Positions 39,330-51,245 of a stretch of DNA of 64,000 bases are shown one piece after another. The notes beneath the pieces were generated by a model. The model saw only the letters and a program-made list of their open reading frames with translations. It was not told the DNA's origin and ran no database searches. A program made the translations under genes and the position numbers. The stretch spans positions 64,678,048-64,742,047 of the forward strand of contig JAUZTB010000001.1 in NCBI GenBank assembly GCA_034780895.1. The letters run 5' to 3'. Source of the stretch: Rhynchobatus australiae. Lineage: Eukaryota. How positions within the stretch are numbered: position 1 is the first letter of the stretch; each line of letters opens with the position of its first letter.

Positions 39330-39901
39330 GCCCTTCCAGGTGAGGCAGATGTTCATATGCATCTCCTCTGGCCTAGCTTATTGCATTCGGTAATCCCAAT
39401 GTGGTCTCCGGGCACAGCCCAGACGACCATTTTGCTGAGCACTGGTGCTCCGTCCGCCATGGCCATCAAGTAAACTACTCTCCTCCTGATCTACCCAGTT
39501 CCTCCTGCACTCAACACAGCCTCCCTACACCCGGTTTCTTTCCCCTCCTCTTCCCACTCCATCTGCCCATCACCCACACACCCATTCCACTGGTTCCCCT
39601 CCTGTCACTGTTCCCAGCTGCCCACCCCACCTCCCTCACTTGATTCCATGCTCCACCTTCCTTTCCTATCAGATTCCATCATCTGCAGCCCTTTGTCGCC
39701 TCCACCTATCCACGATTTCCACTCTCCCCTCCTCCATCTGCCTGGCACCCCTCCTCACCTGGATCCACCTGTCGCTTGCTAGCTCTTGCTCTGCTCCTTC
39801 CCTTCAACTTTTTATACTGGCTATCTCCCTTCTATCTTTCAGTCCAGATGAAGGGTCTCAACCCAAAACGTCGACTGTGTTTTCCTCCACAGATGCTTCC
39901 T
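39330..39901 (+). mobile_element. Penelope-like element, inverted partner of 38760-39310
   Basis: PFQVRQMFICISSGLAYCIR*SQCGL...DDHFAEH (GIY-YIG region), then a 3' UTR highly similar to the reverse complement of the left copy; cut off by a gap. Confidence 0.88.
39840..39877 (+). ncRNA. Minimal type I hammerhead ribozyme motif (mutated core, probably inactive)
   Basis: CAGUC-CAGAUGA-A-GGGU(CUCA)ACCC-AAAAC-GUC-GACUG: perfect stem I, 4-bp stem II, GUC triplet; core deviates from CUGANGA and GAAA at one base each. Confidence 0.65.
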
Positions 39902-42900
39902 NNNNNNNNNNNNNNNNNNNNNNNNNNNNNNNNNNNNNNNNNNNNNNNNNNNNNNNNNNNNNNNNNNNNNNNNNNNNNNNNNNNNNNNNNNNNNNNNNNN
40001 NNNNNNNNNNNNNNNNNNNNNNNNNNNNNNNNNNNNNNNNNNNNNNNNNNNNNNNNNNNNNNNNNNNNNNNNNNNNNNNNNNNNNNNNNNNNNNNNNNNN
40101 NNNNNNNNNNNNNNNNNNNNNNNNNNNNNNNNNNNNNNNNNNNNNNNNNNNNNNNNNNNNNNNNNNNNNNNACCCTGGATGCTAGCTTATTCATTTAAAA
40201 TCTGAGGCTGAGACATCCAAATCCTCCTTGGATAGCCTCCAGTTCCCAAAGAGTGGTAGACTGCTGCTGGCTAATTGTTCAGACAACATTGTTTGCAAAG
40301 TGGCAAAAATAACATTTAAAACAAAAATTTTAAATGAGTGAAAATAATTTAGTGAAATGACATTTGCTTCTTAACAGCATGTACATAAATTTAGTTGAAT
40401 TCTTGGTGGAATATATTCCCAAATAAAATTTCAACTTCTCATGCAGTGGTAACATTTATTTCAATGTACTATTCTTTTCTACATGGTCTTATCATGCTAT
40501 TTAACTAAATAAACTTGGGCAACAAGGTATTCAGTTGATGAAAGCACCAGTCCTTTCATTCAGGATCTGATTTTGGATGAGCTGATAATGATTGTCATCT
40601 CCTCTGACAGTTTTCAGTATTCCATGTGGTGGACTTCACAGCACAATGTTTACACTACAAATTCATACTTAATGTTATTGGACCTTTTCAAAGAGCTGGA
40701 GTTAAAGAAAAAATGGTCATATTAGCATGATGTGTATGAATTGATTTCCGGAAGTTAGGGGTTAATGCATTGTTATTAGGAGTGTAGATGTTATAACAAT
40801 GTCTGCCAGTTTCACTGGTTTTATTAGATATTAGACCAGATCATATGCAGTCCAGCCTGTTGCCCAGATTCATCACTGCACCCCCCAAACCCCACTCCCT
40901 CTGTTCTGCAACCATCTTGTGTGTTAAGTGGGGTGCAAGTGCTGATTGAGTCTCTAGATAAAGTATCCTCTGGCCCTGCTTCCAAAACCACACTGTGCTG
41001 TCAAAGCATATTTCACTGTTCTTAAATGTCTCAGATATTCTGACATTTAAAAACTGTTGACATTGATTTAATATTTAAAAGAACTAAAATTATTATTAAA
41101 AAGTTAAAGATAATAAATTTATTTAAACTCTGGTTCATTAATTAAAGGTGCATTAAAATGGAGGAAAATTAATTAAATGTTGGCAATTCCAAACTAATTA
41201 ATGGGTACTAGGTACATTTGCTGCAGTTAACATAAAGCTGCAGGCCATGTGTGAAGTTCTTTGTCTCAATAAGTTATGAAACACCCTGGTCTCAGCGGTA
41301 GTTCCAAGAGCAGAGCATCTGACCCTCAGTGTGTTCACAGTTCCATTCTGTGATGTGCAGTTGTGGGAGTCTGGAATACACTTGCACATGCACTGCAGCT
41401 AGCTGGCCATTCCCAATGGAACCACTTGCTGGTTGACAGAGTGATCCCCTCTGTGAAAGGATAAATTATTTTGTTTGTAGGTGATGAATGCTCTTGGTAT
41501 CTTGGGCAACATTGCTTCCGCCAACAACACAAAACCTAGTTATTCATCTTGTATTCAAGGGATCTTGAAGTTCCTAAAATGTTTTTTAGGATTGCAGGCT
41601 GATCTTGTGATACTCTCTTATTTGCTTCTCTTGTGTGTGTTAGAAGTATTGAAGTAAAAACACTACTGTCCCAAATTGAGAAATAATACCTTTTGCAGCT
41701 TCCACTATTATTCACTCACCCTAATAAAACATGAAATTCAAAAACAAAATAGAATTTTTTTTTCATTTCTGCTGGTTTGGGAGATTTCCTCTTTCTAAAA
41801 ATACTTGGTGGATTACTGTTACAATTGGAATTTATTTTTCTTTATACATCAGAACAAATGTGTGCTGAGAATTCCCAATATTAAGACAGTACTCATCAAT
41901 CAGAGGCATTTTGTCGTTTCCTTCAATTTGTTTGCAGTTGTCCGGAAGTTAAAATATTAAGGACATCTTAATGAGCAGTGAAAAGTTTATTTCAAATTAG
42001 GTCTACAGATAGTAAATGTGAGAATGCATGTACTCTTTTAAAAACTTAGCGCCTTTGTTATATGTATCTGAGAAATCAAGTCCTTTCGACAATTGTGATC
42101 CTTTTCCTTGTGTTTTCTGAAGAGAAAGTTCACAGAGCAAAATTTGTTCATAATTAGTGAGATTAAGTGCACAGTGACTGAAGGATAGTTCAGTGCAAAT
42201 CTTTGTTGAAGGAATAGTCCATACCAAAATTGATTTCTTTTTGCTGCTCATTCTTCACTTTTCTGATCTGTATTGCTGAGTTACTGTCCCACTCATACCA
42301 AGAATTGTAACTATGTTTGAGAAACTAATTGTTCATACTTTCTGCTGAAATTTTAAGCCCCCTGCTTTTCCAAGATCTGGTGTGGAATGATTATTACAGT
42401 TGTTGAGGCTTCTGGGTGTGATGGCTGATTTTTTGTTGAAAATATTGCACACCAAATTACTAATTTTGCAGCTGATATAAATTTGGTTTCTATTTCACAA
42501 TTACACTTAAACTCCTCCTCAGTATTACTGTCATTTATATTAGCAGCATCCATAACATTTTTACTATAAGCACAGTGAATGAAAGATTTAAAGTGCTCAA
42601 CTGCTTGATCTTGATTTCAAGAATAACACAATGATGGTTTGCTTCAAGACCAAATTGAACTTGGCTTACTGAAGTACAAAAGAAAAACACACTTTGGATA
42701 TGTCATACACAAAGTGCCTTAAGGCAACCTAAAAGTTTCTTGCATCCAGAAAGAGCAGTAATCAAGCTTAAAGTAATATAAATCCAATTTGTACTGATTA
42801 AGAGAAATTTGGTTTTCAAAACCATCAGTGTGAACTTGTTCAGTTTCCTACAATAAAAATTCTTTATAATTTTAAAATGATATCACCAATATAAACCAGT

Positions 42901-43928
42901 TTTAAAATCAAAATTGATTAACTTCATTATGCATTTGCTTGGAATGATGAAGGAAGCACTAAAGTTTCCTAAAACTTTCCTGAGTTAGGGACAGCAGAGT
43001 CAATTGGCCTTCCTGATCTTATCTCGTGACGCCAGCTTTAAATTAAGAAGGAAAACCTCTCACCTACATATTGAAAGCCTGTCAAAATTCACTGGTCAAT
43101 CTCATAGTGAGTGGAGGAATAAAATAGTGGAGCAAAATTGGAAAAAAAGGAAGGGATTTTCTACACGTTTTCTCTGTTCGACATTTGCAACTCAAAGCAT
43201 CGAGTTATGAGGAGCTGAATGCATCATAGTTCATGTTGCGTGCTGCCATGTCAGTGATGAACTGTCTAGTTTCATTTCATGAGCAGCAATTGAAAATGTT
43301 GCAAAAGTGGTTTCATTCTCTGCTATACAGTTCAGTTCTGGTATTGGTTTTAAAGTAGTGCACAACCATGTCCAAACCTCTTCAGGAGCCATGAGTGAGA
43401 ATTGCATGTTAATTAAATTTCATGTAACCAGACACAATTTTAGTTGTGTTTAAAGACACAAATGGGATTGTTCTCACTGTTCCTTCACTGCCTCATCTCT
43501 ACCTCACCACTCTGCTTGGAGCCACCTCTCTGCTCGTTGCCACCTTGTCACTGCCTCGCCAGCCCCTTTACCTCTCTCCTCTTTGCCCCCCTCCATGCGT
43601 TCATGGCATCAGAAGAGCAGACCAGTCCCAAAAGGGTCCCTGGGACTCTGGTCCCAGGTCCATTCAGGAACCCAGGCCAACAACAGGGTCCTTGCAGTTA
43701 ATTTTGCTAAAGATGTTATATTTAATCAGTTTGAATGCACTTTTGGGGACCAAGTTTTATCATATTACATTTGTTCTTTGCAGTTGTTTTCCCCTGAAAT
43801 GAAAATACTCATTCAAAATGTATGAATTAGAAAATGGCTGGCTATAATAGCCTCCTGTTGTCACAATTAATCAAAAGCCGTTTCTCTTCTTTCCTCTTTC
43901 CTTCTGCTGTTTCTGCATTATATCTTAG

Positions 43929-44167
43929 ACTGGTATCTTTCAGGATTGGGAGCGTTGCCTATTCATCCACAGTCGCTTGTTGGCCCAGACAGAGTTTCAC
44001 CTTCTATACACAAGCTTAGACAACACCGTCCTTTAGGGAGAACACAGTCTGCACCACTGCCACAGAACGCTCAGGCCCTGCAACAGTTGGTCATACAGCA
44101 GCAACATCAACAGTTCCTGGAGAAACATAAGCAGCAGTTCCAGCAACAGCAGATTCATATTAACAAG
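43929..44167 (+). CDS. HDAC4: HDAC4 exon with 14-3-3 site RTQSAP (S467-equivalent); long form starts at 43929 (+DWYLS), short form at 43944
   Basis: Two in-frame acceptors (tcttag|ac and tttcag|ga), donor |gtcagt. Translation [75 protein letters not shown] is HDAC4-like rather than HDAC5/9-like. Confidence 0.97.
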
Positions 44168-44299
44168 GTCAGTACCAAGGCAGCAGCAACTATATGAAGT
44201 AAAACTGGAGCTCTGTGCAATTTTTATATTGCATCCATTTCAAAGGCTTGAAAATATGTTTCTCCTCATGGCAGCAGGTAAAGTACGAGTCGTGAAAAA

Positions 44300-44575
44300 C
44301 AGTGCTTCCCAACCTGGAATGCACAATGCTCAACATCAATGGTTATAGGGGGTTGATGAGGCTTTAATAATATTTGGGTAATTTAGTTAGAAAGTTCACC
44401 AGCAAAAATGGAAATAAATAGAAGTATATTTGTCGTGCTAGTTATCTAAGCCATTGTAGCCCCTGCATCAGTCCCAGCCCTCCTGATGTCATCATGCATT
44501 TTTGGGGAGGGGGTGGGGTATCATTTACCAACTGAGCCAGTAAGGCTTTCTTTCCAGAAAGGTTGGGAACCACTG
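44300..44575. mobile_element. hAT (Charlie/MER5-like) MITE
   Basis: TIRs cagtgcttcccaacct and aggttgggaaccactg (15/16 match); 8-bp flanks gtgaaaaa/atgtaaga are only 5/8 alike. Confidence 0.7.
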
Positions 44576-45329
44576 ATGTAAGAGCTGATTGAAGTTAACT
44601 TCTTTAATGTTGGTGTGACTTTTAGAAAAATAGACTTTAGCTCAATCTGGATTTTTTTTTGNNNNNNNNNNAAACTGTCAATTGACACAATTCAGTATGT
44701 ACCTGTGCTTTCCTCTAGGTTGCAATTCAAGGTCAGCGGAACCTGGAGACAGAATCTTTGCCATTACCTCACCAGTAGTACTTGTCACACAGGAACATGA
44801 GTTGCTTTCTATATTTCTTGGCATTACACTGCATTCTCCATATAGTAAAAGGAAACTCATTGTAGATGAAATTGCAAAAAAAAACTTAATACTAAAGTCA
44901 GACCAGATGATATCAGGTTGCATTATGGCAGGAATTAATATGTTTCTTTCTGCTGATATTGGGTGATTTGGAAATAATCCTTGAATATCAAGTATACAGT
45001 GATCTAATGACAGACAATTGACCATGTTCCAAGGGAATTACAGAGTTATTCAACAGTTGCCCATGAGTTTTCTATTTTCAGATTCTTGGTAAAAAATGGA
45101 CTTTGGGTAAATTAGGTTATTTTTGTCTAGGAAAAACATTTTTAGTTGAGCAGTAAGAGCTCAGTGGAAATGAGTAAGAGAATAGAGCCAAAGGAGAGAG
45201 TTTAAAGTGCTTTGGAAGTTCTTCATGATGTTAACCCTGATTTATCTGTTATGCTCTGAGCTGATTTCTGAGCTGGTGAGTGCGAGCGATGGGGCTGACC
45301 AGTATCGGCAACTATTGCCAAATACTCCC

Positions 45330-46200
45330 TCTTTCTGATTGCAGCTTCTTTCTTGATGCATCTTTGAGGGAAAGAAGAATGTAAAGTGTAATGGTGACTT
45401 GAAAAATATTCAAGGGAAGTGTAACGGGTGTGTTCAGTAAATGTTTGCCATGCCCAATTGTGGTGGAGAGCCATTCTTTTAAACCACTGCAGTCATATGG
45501 GGAAGACACACACCATACTATTGGGTAGGAAGTTCTTAGATTTTGACCTTGTGTTGATAAAGAAATGACTATATTGTTCCAAATCAGTGTGACTTGAAGG
45601 TTATTATCAGTATGGTTGCTTCCTATATGCATGTTTCCCTTGAGTTTCTAGGCAGTATACATCATGGTTTTGGTAGATGCTAATGAAAAGGTTTTGGCAG
45701 ATTGTTGCAGTGCACTTTATATAGTGCTCTGGTAGCAGAGCGAGCAGGTGTTTAAGCCGGTGAGTGGGTAATAGTCAAATGATCTGCTTTGCCCTGGATT
45801 TTGTTGAGCTGTTTAAAAATTGAGTTCTTGGAACTATAAGAAAGTGGAGAATAATCTCTCACATTTCTCATGCGCTGTAGAGATGAGGGAAGGGTTTTAG
45901 AAAGTCAGGAGCAAGTAACTTGTCACAGGATACTGTCTCTGACCATCTCGTATAGCCTAGAGATTTATGTAGCTCACCTATGGTATGTTTCTGGTCAGTG
46001 GAGATTTGACAATGGTAATGCTGATATTGCTTTTGAAAGCCAAGAGGTGATCATCAAGTTTATTTTGGTGGATGTGTCTTAGCCTGGCATTTGTGTGATG
46101 GGACTATTACTGACTACTTATCAGCCCGAGCTGGATGTTATCCAAATCTTTATGCATGGGGCAATGGATCATCTCATTATCCAAGCAAATTGTGAACAAT
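45330..46200 (-). mobile_element. Decayed non-CR1 LINE 3' region (family unassigned; related pieces near 46680-46880 and 53490-54210)
   Basis: Shares blocks with 53490-54210 (tttctggtca..g, aatggtaa, gcctggcatttgtgtgatgg...ttatcagccc...gttatccaaatctt). Confidence 0.6.
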
Positions 46201-49200
46201 CTTTGCTTGCCTGGCAAAGACAATCACAAACTTGAATTTGACAGCTATTTAAGAATTTGCATCTATGGAAATAAAGTAGGACTACAAGATGCTGCATTTA
46301 ATTGAAGTCTTTCACATTGCAGTAACAGGAGGGCTATTTCTCATTGCTTAAATCTCCAAGCAGTCTGAGGATTCCTTTTTTAATTTTAAATGTTCTTGCT
46401 GGATCTACTTTGAGTATTTTAACTGTAAATGTAACATGCCAGAGTATTATTCTCCCTTCTACAATCATTTCTGTACCACCTTGCATAACTGCTGCTGCTA
46501 CATGCAGCTTGTTCTGTCCAGAAATATTGAAATGATTATATAGAAATCCCTACCTGGCAGCAGACCATGGCTCTCAAGAGCAGAGATAGTATGTGCTATT
46601 TTTCTATTTAATTTCAGGACAGAAGAATCTGTCGACATATGTACTTTTGAACTATCTTCACATCGTTTTAATCAATGTTTTGGGGATTTGGACATGATCA
46701 GCAAGGCTTGCACTTATTGCCCATCCTTAACTGAAGTGATGAATAGCTGTAATCTTCCTGGTGAAGGTACTCCCACAGTGCTGTTGGGTAGAAATTTCCG
46801 GAACCCAGCAACAGTAAATTCTCAGGTCCAGATTGCATCTGACCTAGAAGGGAGGCTGCAGGTGGTGGTGTTCCACTGTGCAGTACGAAAGCAGATTTTT
46901 GCAGCTACACACAAAATAACATATTTTGGAATAGAGTGAAAGAGAACAGAATTTAACTGATTCACAATTTAATTCAGAATTCAGAATTTAACTAATCCAC
47001 AGCGTATTGGATTGCTCGTGCAGATAATCTGTTGCAAGATTTAATGCATTTGAAGGTAGAGAAGCAAAAAAAATAACTGTTGGCTCTGTCAATTTTTGTA
47101 AGAACAATCCAAACCCAATTCGTATTCTTCAGTCATTTCTTGTATATAATTTATCCACTTTAGTTTTAAATGCTTCAGCAATCTTCATTTAATCACCTGT
47201 GGCAGAGATTTACAATGTACATCAGTTTTCTGCATGAAAATAATTTCTTCTGACTTTTCCTCTTCGACTCATTGACCCACATTTTACTGTTTTGCTGGCA
47301 GTTCTACTATCTGTACACAAGTCTAAGTCATCAAAACATTTTCCTGCACCAAGAGCAAAGTTGAATGCAACACATAATTAAAGTACATCAGTTCCAAATT
47401 GAGCAACCCCAATTAATTTATCATTNNNNNNNNNNNNNNNNNNNNNNNNNNNNNNNNNNNNNNNNNNNNNNNNNNNNNNNNNNNNNNNNNNNNNNNNNNN
47501 NNNNNNNNNNNNNNNNNNNNNNNNNNNNNNNNNNNNNNNNNNNNNNNNNNNNNNNNNNNNNNNNNNNNNNNNNNNNNNNNNNNNNNNNNNNNNNNNNNNN
47601 NNNNNNNNNNNNNNNNNNNNNNNNNNNNNNNNNNNNNNNNNNNNNNNNNNNNNNNNNNNNNNNNNNNNNNNNNNNNNNNNNNNNNNNNNNNNNNNNNNNN
47701 NNNNNNNNNNNNNNNNNNGTGTTTCTGGGTGGGACAAGCCAGCAAAGATTAAAGGAACAAAATGAGAGGAAATTTGAAGTATCATTTAGGGTGTGTCCAT
47801 TAAATTTTGAGTGTTCATTTTAATAATTTAATCCAATTCAGTTTTTCCATGAAGCTAGCTGAAATGTATCTCACCCATCGCCCAGATTCCTAATCAAATC
47901 CCGACTGCTCACTTCAGAATATTAGCTAGGGAATTAATGGGAAAGTCCTGTGAGTTTTAGAATTTTTTTGTGCTTAAATCAACTCAAATTTAATAGGAGG
48001 AGTTGATACCTGGAGCTGTTGAGACCACGGGTGCTTCATCCTACCTGAGTCATGTGGGAATTGGGGTGGAGTTATTGTATTGATTTGAGGGAAGGAGAGA
48101 TAAACACAACTGCATTGATGGTCATCGTGTTTGCAGTGNNNNNNNNNNAGATCCTGTTTCTAAGTTGTATGGCTCTTTGACTCTATGAAATTGAGTCATG
48201 TATGTTATGGCATGTTTAAGTTTCATGTTCAACATAACTGTTACTTCATTTAGTGCTGAACAATTTAGTGAAACAAACTTCAATTATGTTTTCACTTAAT
48301 TTAACAAATAAATGTTAACTATTACTTAGAAAATGTAGTTAATAAGTTTTGAATTTTCTGTTATTTATGTAGAAACATTTTTTCCAGTACAAAAATGTGA
48401 TATAGGAAAAGTGGAAAAACCTCTGCAGCTGTCAGTAAATACATATCTAGTGCACTTGCTGTCTCTGCACAATCTTGAACTATTAATAAATTTACATGTG
48501 TTTAACAGGGTGAATTTTTAAATTCTGCCTAGGAAAACAGATAGTAACATTCATTATGTTCACTGTTTCTAGTTTATGTTCGGATTAATGGTATTGTTTT
48601 GTAAATGTTAGTCAGTTTGTATCTGAAATTGAACATACTGCTTGGAAGTTTTTAAAAACAATTTCTATGATTAAAGGTGATATGTTTCACTAAATATTAG
48701 TTTTGGCATTATAAAGCCTTGGATTTTGATTTTTGAGTTGATCCACTATCACTTACCTAAAGTAAGGAGAGATCCTTTGTGTGTCAGTCTGATTAGACAA
48801 GTGTGCGCACTTGTATGTTTTTTTTCCAACAGTTATTTGGTTTTGGATATATATGTTTTATTAACCTGTCTGGATTAGTTGGAATATTTCCAATTTTTGA
48901 CACCAAATGCTGTTGAATCAAGTTAAATACAAAATGAATCTTCCTTGACTCTATCATCCTTGGTTGACCATCTAGAGAAGTGAAATGGACAGTGAGCCAA
49001 GTGCAACACACAGTACCTGTTTGGAACGCTAGTAACAGAATACTTTTAAATTGTTCTTTAACTCTCCTGATTCTCTGGAAATGAAAGAAAATGGAGACAA
49101 AATGTGTAAGCCATGCTATGCAGATTTGCTAAGAAATTCTAGGAGAATTTGTATGCTAACAATGATTTAATTAGAAACATGTAATAGTTTGTATTTAAGC

Positions 49201-49658
49201 TCTATGTATTTATGTATGGGATTTGTTACTTTGCATAATATATTTGAATATTTTTAAAACTTGTTGACATTATTGATTTTTTTTCAGATCATAATTGAAT
49301 GCATTGGGTATATGTATTCTTTACAGTAGCTATAGGAAAGGCAGGAAGACAGCTAGATAGAAAAGAAACATTTGCTTGCATTGAATTTTGCCATCCTGGT
49401 TTCATAACACTATTAATTTCAGACCATGTTTAACACATATAAACATCTGTTCAAAGCAAAGCAGAGTATTTGGTTTGAAGCGTTTCCCTCTACACGGATA
49501 CTGTCTGACCTGCTGAGTATTTCTAGCATACTCTGTTTTAATTTCACAGTATAAAATGTTTATAGTTTTAGATTTTCAACCCATGTTTTACAAACATTAA
49601 ACTAGCTTCATTGCATGATTATCCAGTGCTTGCTCATTGTTTATAGATTAAAGCCAAG

Positions 49659-49801
49659 ATTGCATAACTTTCTGACGTCAATGCTGTTCTTCTGGAAACT
49701 GGCCACAGTGTTCTGCGTATGCCTGCTTTTGACCACATCAAATGAGAGTATTCATGTGGACTATTAGCATGGTTGCCAAGGCAACCCTTAGCCCTTACGT
49801 G
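49659..49801. promoter_or_regulatory. Candidate intronic enhancer: C/EBP-PAR-like site, full CRE, RFX X-box, HRE core
   Basis: ATTGCATAAC 49659-49668, TGACGTCA 49673-49680, GGTTGCCAAGGCAACC 49771-49786, TACGTG 49796-49801. Motif match only. Confidence 0.4.
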
Positions 49802-50159
49802 CATTTGCTGTCACACAGTTTCTAATTGGTATTTATTGCTGTGGCTAAAAAAATGTACTGTCATTTTTAACCAGTATGAAAGTACAGCAATTGGCTTTAA
49901 ATTTCACCATTACTTTGAAGTCTGAAATTTAAAATACACATATGAAATAGCATGGCAATTACTGTCCTTGAGAAGACCTAATCGGATATGCTATAATATA
50001 TTCTCTGATAAATTTTGAGATTGAGAGGCGGCAGAAAATAAAATGAGATCTTACTGCATGATTCTCAGCATTTATCTGGAGCTTTTTTTTTAAATCTTCA
50101 CTTGCTCCAGAAAAAGATCAGAATCAGATTTGTTATCACTGGCTTGTATGACGTGAAAT

Positions 50160-50950
50160 CAGTGCTGTCTGTGATATATATAAAAGATTTGGGTGAAAAT
50201 GTAGATGGGCTGATTAGTAAGTTTGCAGACAACATAAAAATTGGCAGAATTGCAGATAGTGAGGAGGGTTGTTAAGGGCACAGCAGTATATAAATCAGCT
50301 GGAGATAATGGGCAGAGAAATGGGTGATGGAGTTTAATACGCACAAGTGTAAGGTATGGCACTTTGAGAGGTCAAATGTAAGGGGAAAGTGTACAGTACA
50401 AGGCAGGAACATTGATGTACAAGAGATCTTTGGGTGCAAGTCCATAGGTCCCTGAAAGTAGAAACACTGTAGACAGGGTGGTAAAGAAGGCACATATCCA
50501 TGCTTGGCTCCATCAGTTGAGGCATTGAATATAAAAGTTGAAAAGTCACCTTGCAGCTATATAAAACTTTGGTTAGGCTACATTTGGAGTATGTGTGCAT
50601 TTCCAGTTGCCGTTTTGCAGGAAGGATACAGAGGCTTTGGAGAGGGTGCAGAAAAGGTTCACCAGTATGTTGCCTGGAATGGAGAATATTAGCTATAGTG
50701 AGAGGTTGGGCAAACTTGGATTTGCTGTGAAGTGTTGGAGGCTGAGGCATGGCCTGATCAAAAGTATATAAGATAATGAGAGGCAGAGATGGAGTAGATA
50801 GTCTTTTTCCCAGGGTGGAAAAGTTGAATACTAGAGGGCACAGCTTTAGAGTGAGAGGAGAAAAGTTTAAACGAGATATGTGAGGTGAGTTTTGTATTAC
50901 ACAGAGAGTGGTGCATGTGCCTGGAACGCACTGCCAGGGAAGGGTGTGAA
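50160..50950 (+). mobile_element. CR1-type LINE 3' RT fragment (best-preserved copy)
   Basis: IYIKDLGENVDGLISKFADNIKIG (cf. ISKFADDTKIG), WAEKWVMEFNTHKCKVWHF, YKTLVRLHLEY, then actagagggcacagctttagagtgagagg. Confidence 0.92.
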
Positions 50951-50979
50951 AGTAGGTGCTCTTGCCCATAGAACACAGT

Positions 50980-51245
50980 GATTGGAAGCTCATCTGTGTC
51001 ATATAGGAAGCTAGGGTTGTAAAAGGTCTAGTTTAGCCAAATGAAGGGGGAGAGATAGAGTTGGTGGCCAGGGAGCAGTATTTTATGGAAGGGGGTTTCA
51101 AGATTATGGCTTTGGTCTTCATTTCCATTATTTAATTGTAGGAAGTTTAGCTCATCCAGTGTTGGCAGTTGATCAGGAATTCTGACAATTCAGTGAGCTT
51201 GAGCAAGATGATGATGAGGTGGAACTGTGTGTTATCAGCATGTAG
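50980..51245 (-). mobile_element. L2-type LINE RT fragment
   Basis: Reverse strand reads HADNTQFHL (cf. YADDTQLYL) and WMS...NFLQLN. Confidence 0.65.

Noticed and set aside
43444-43825. Three overlapping + strand ORFs in a C-rich patch upstream of the DWYLS exon
   Set aside because: No similarity to HDAC4 or any protein I recognise; the flanking exons already join in frame; low stop density is explained by composition.
50334-51002. 222-aa minus-strand ORF
   Set aside because: Antisense to the + strand CR1 RT fragment; not an independent gene.
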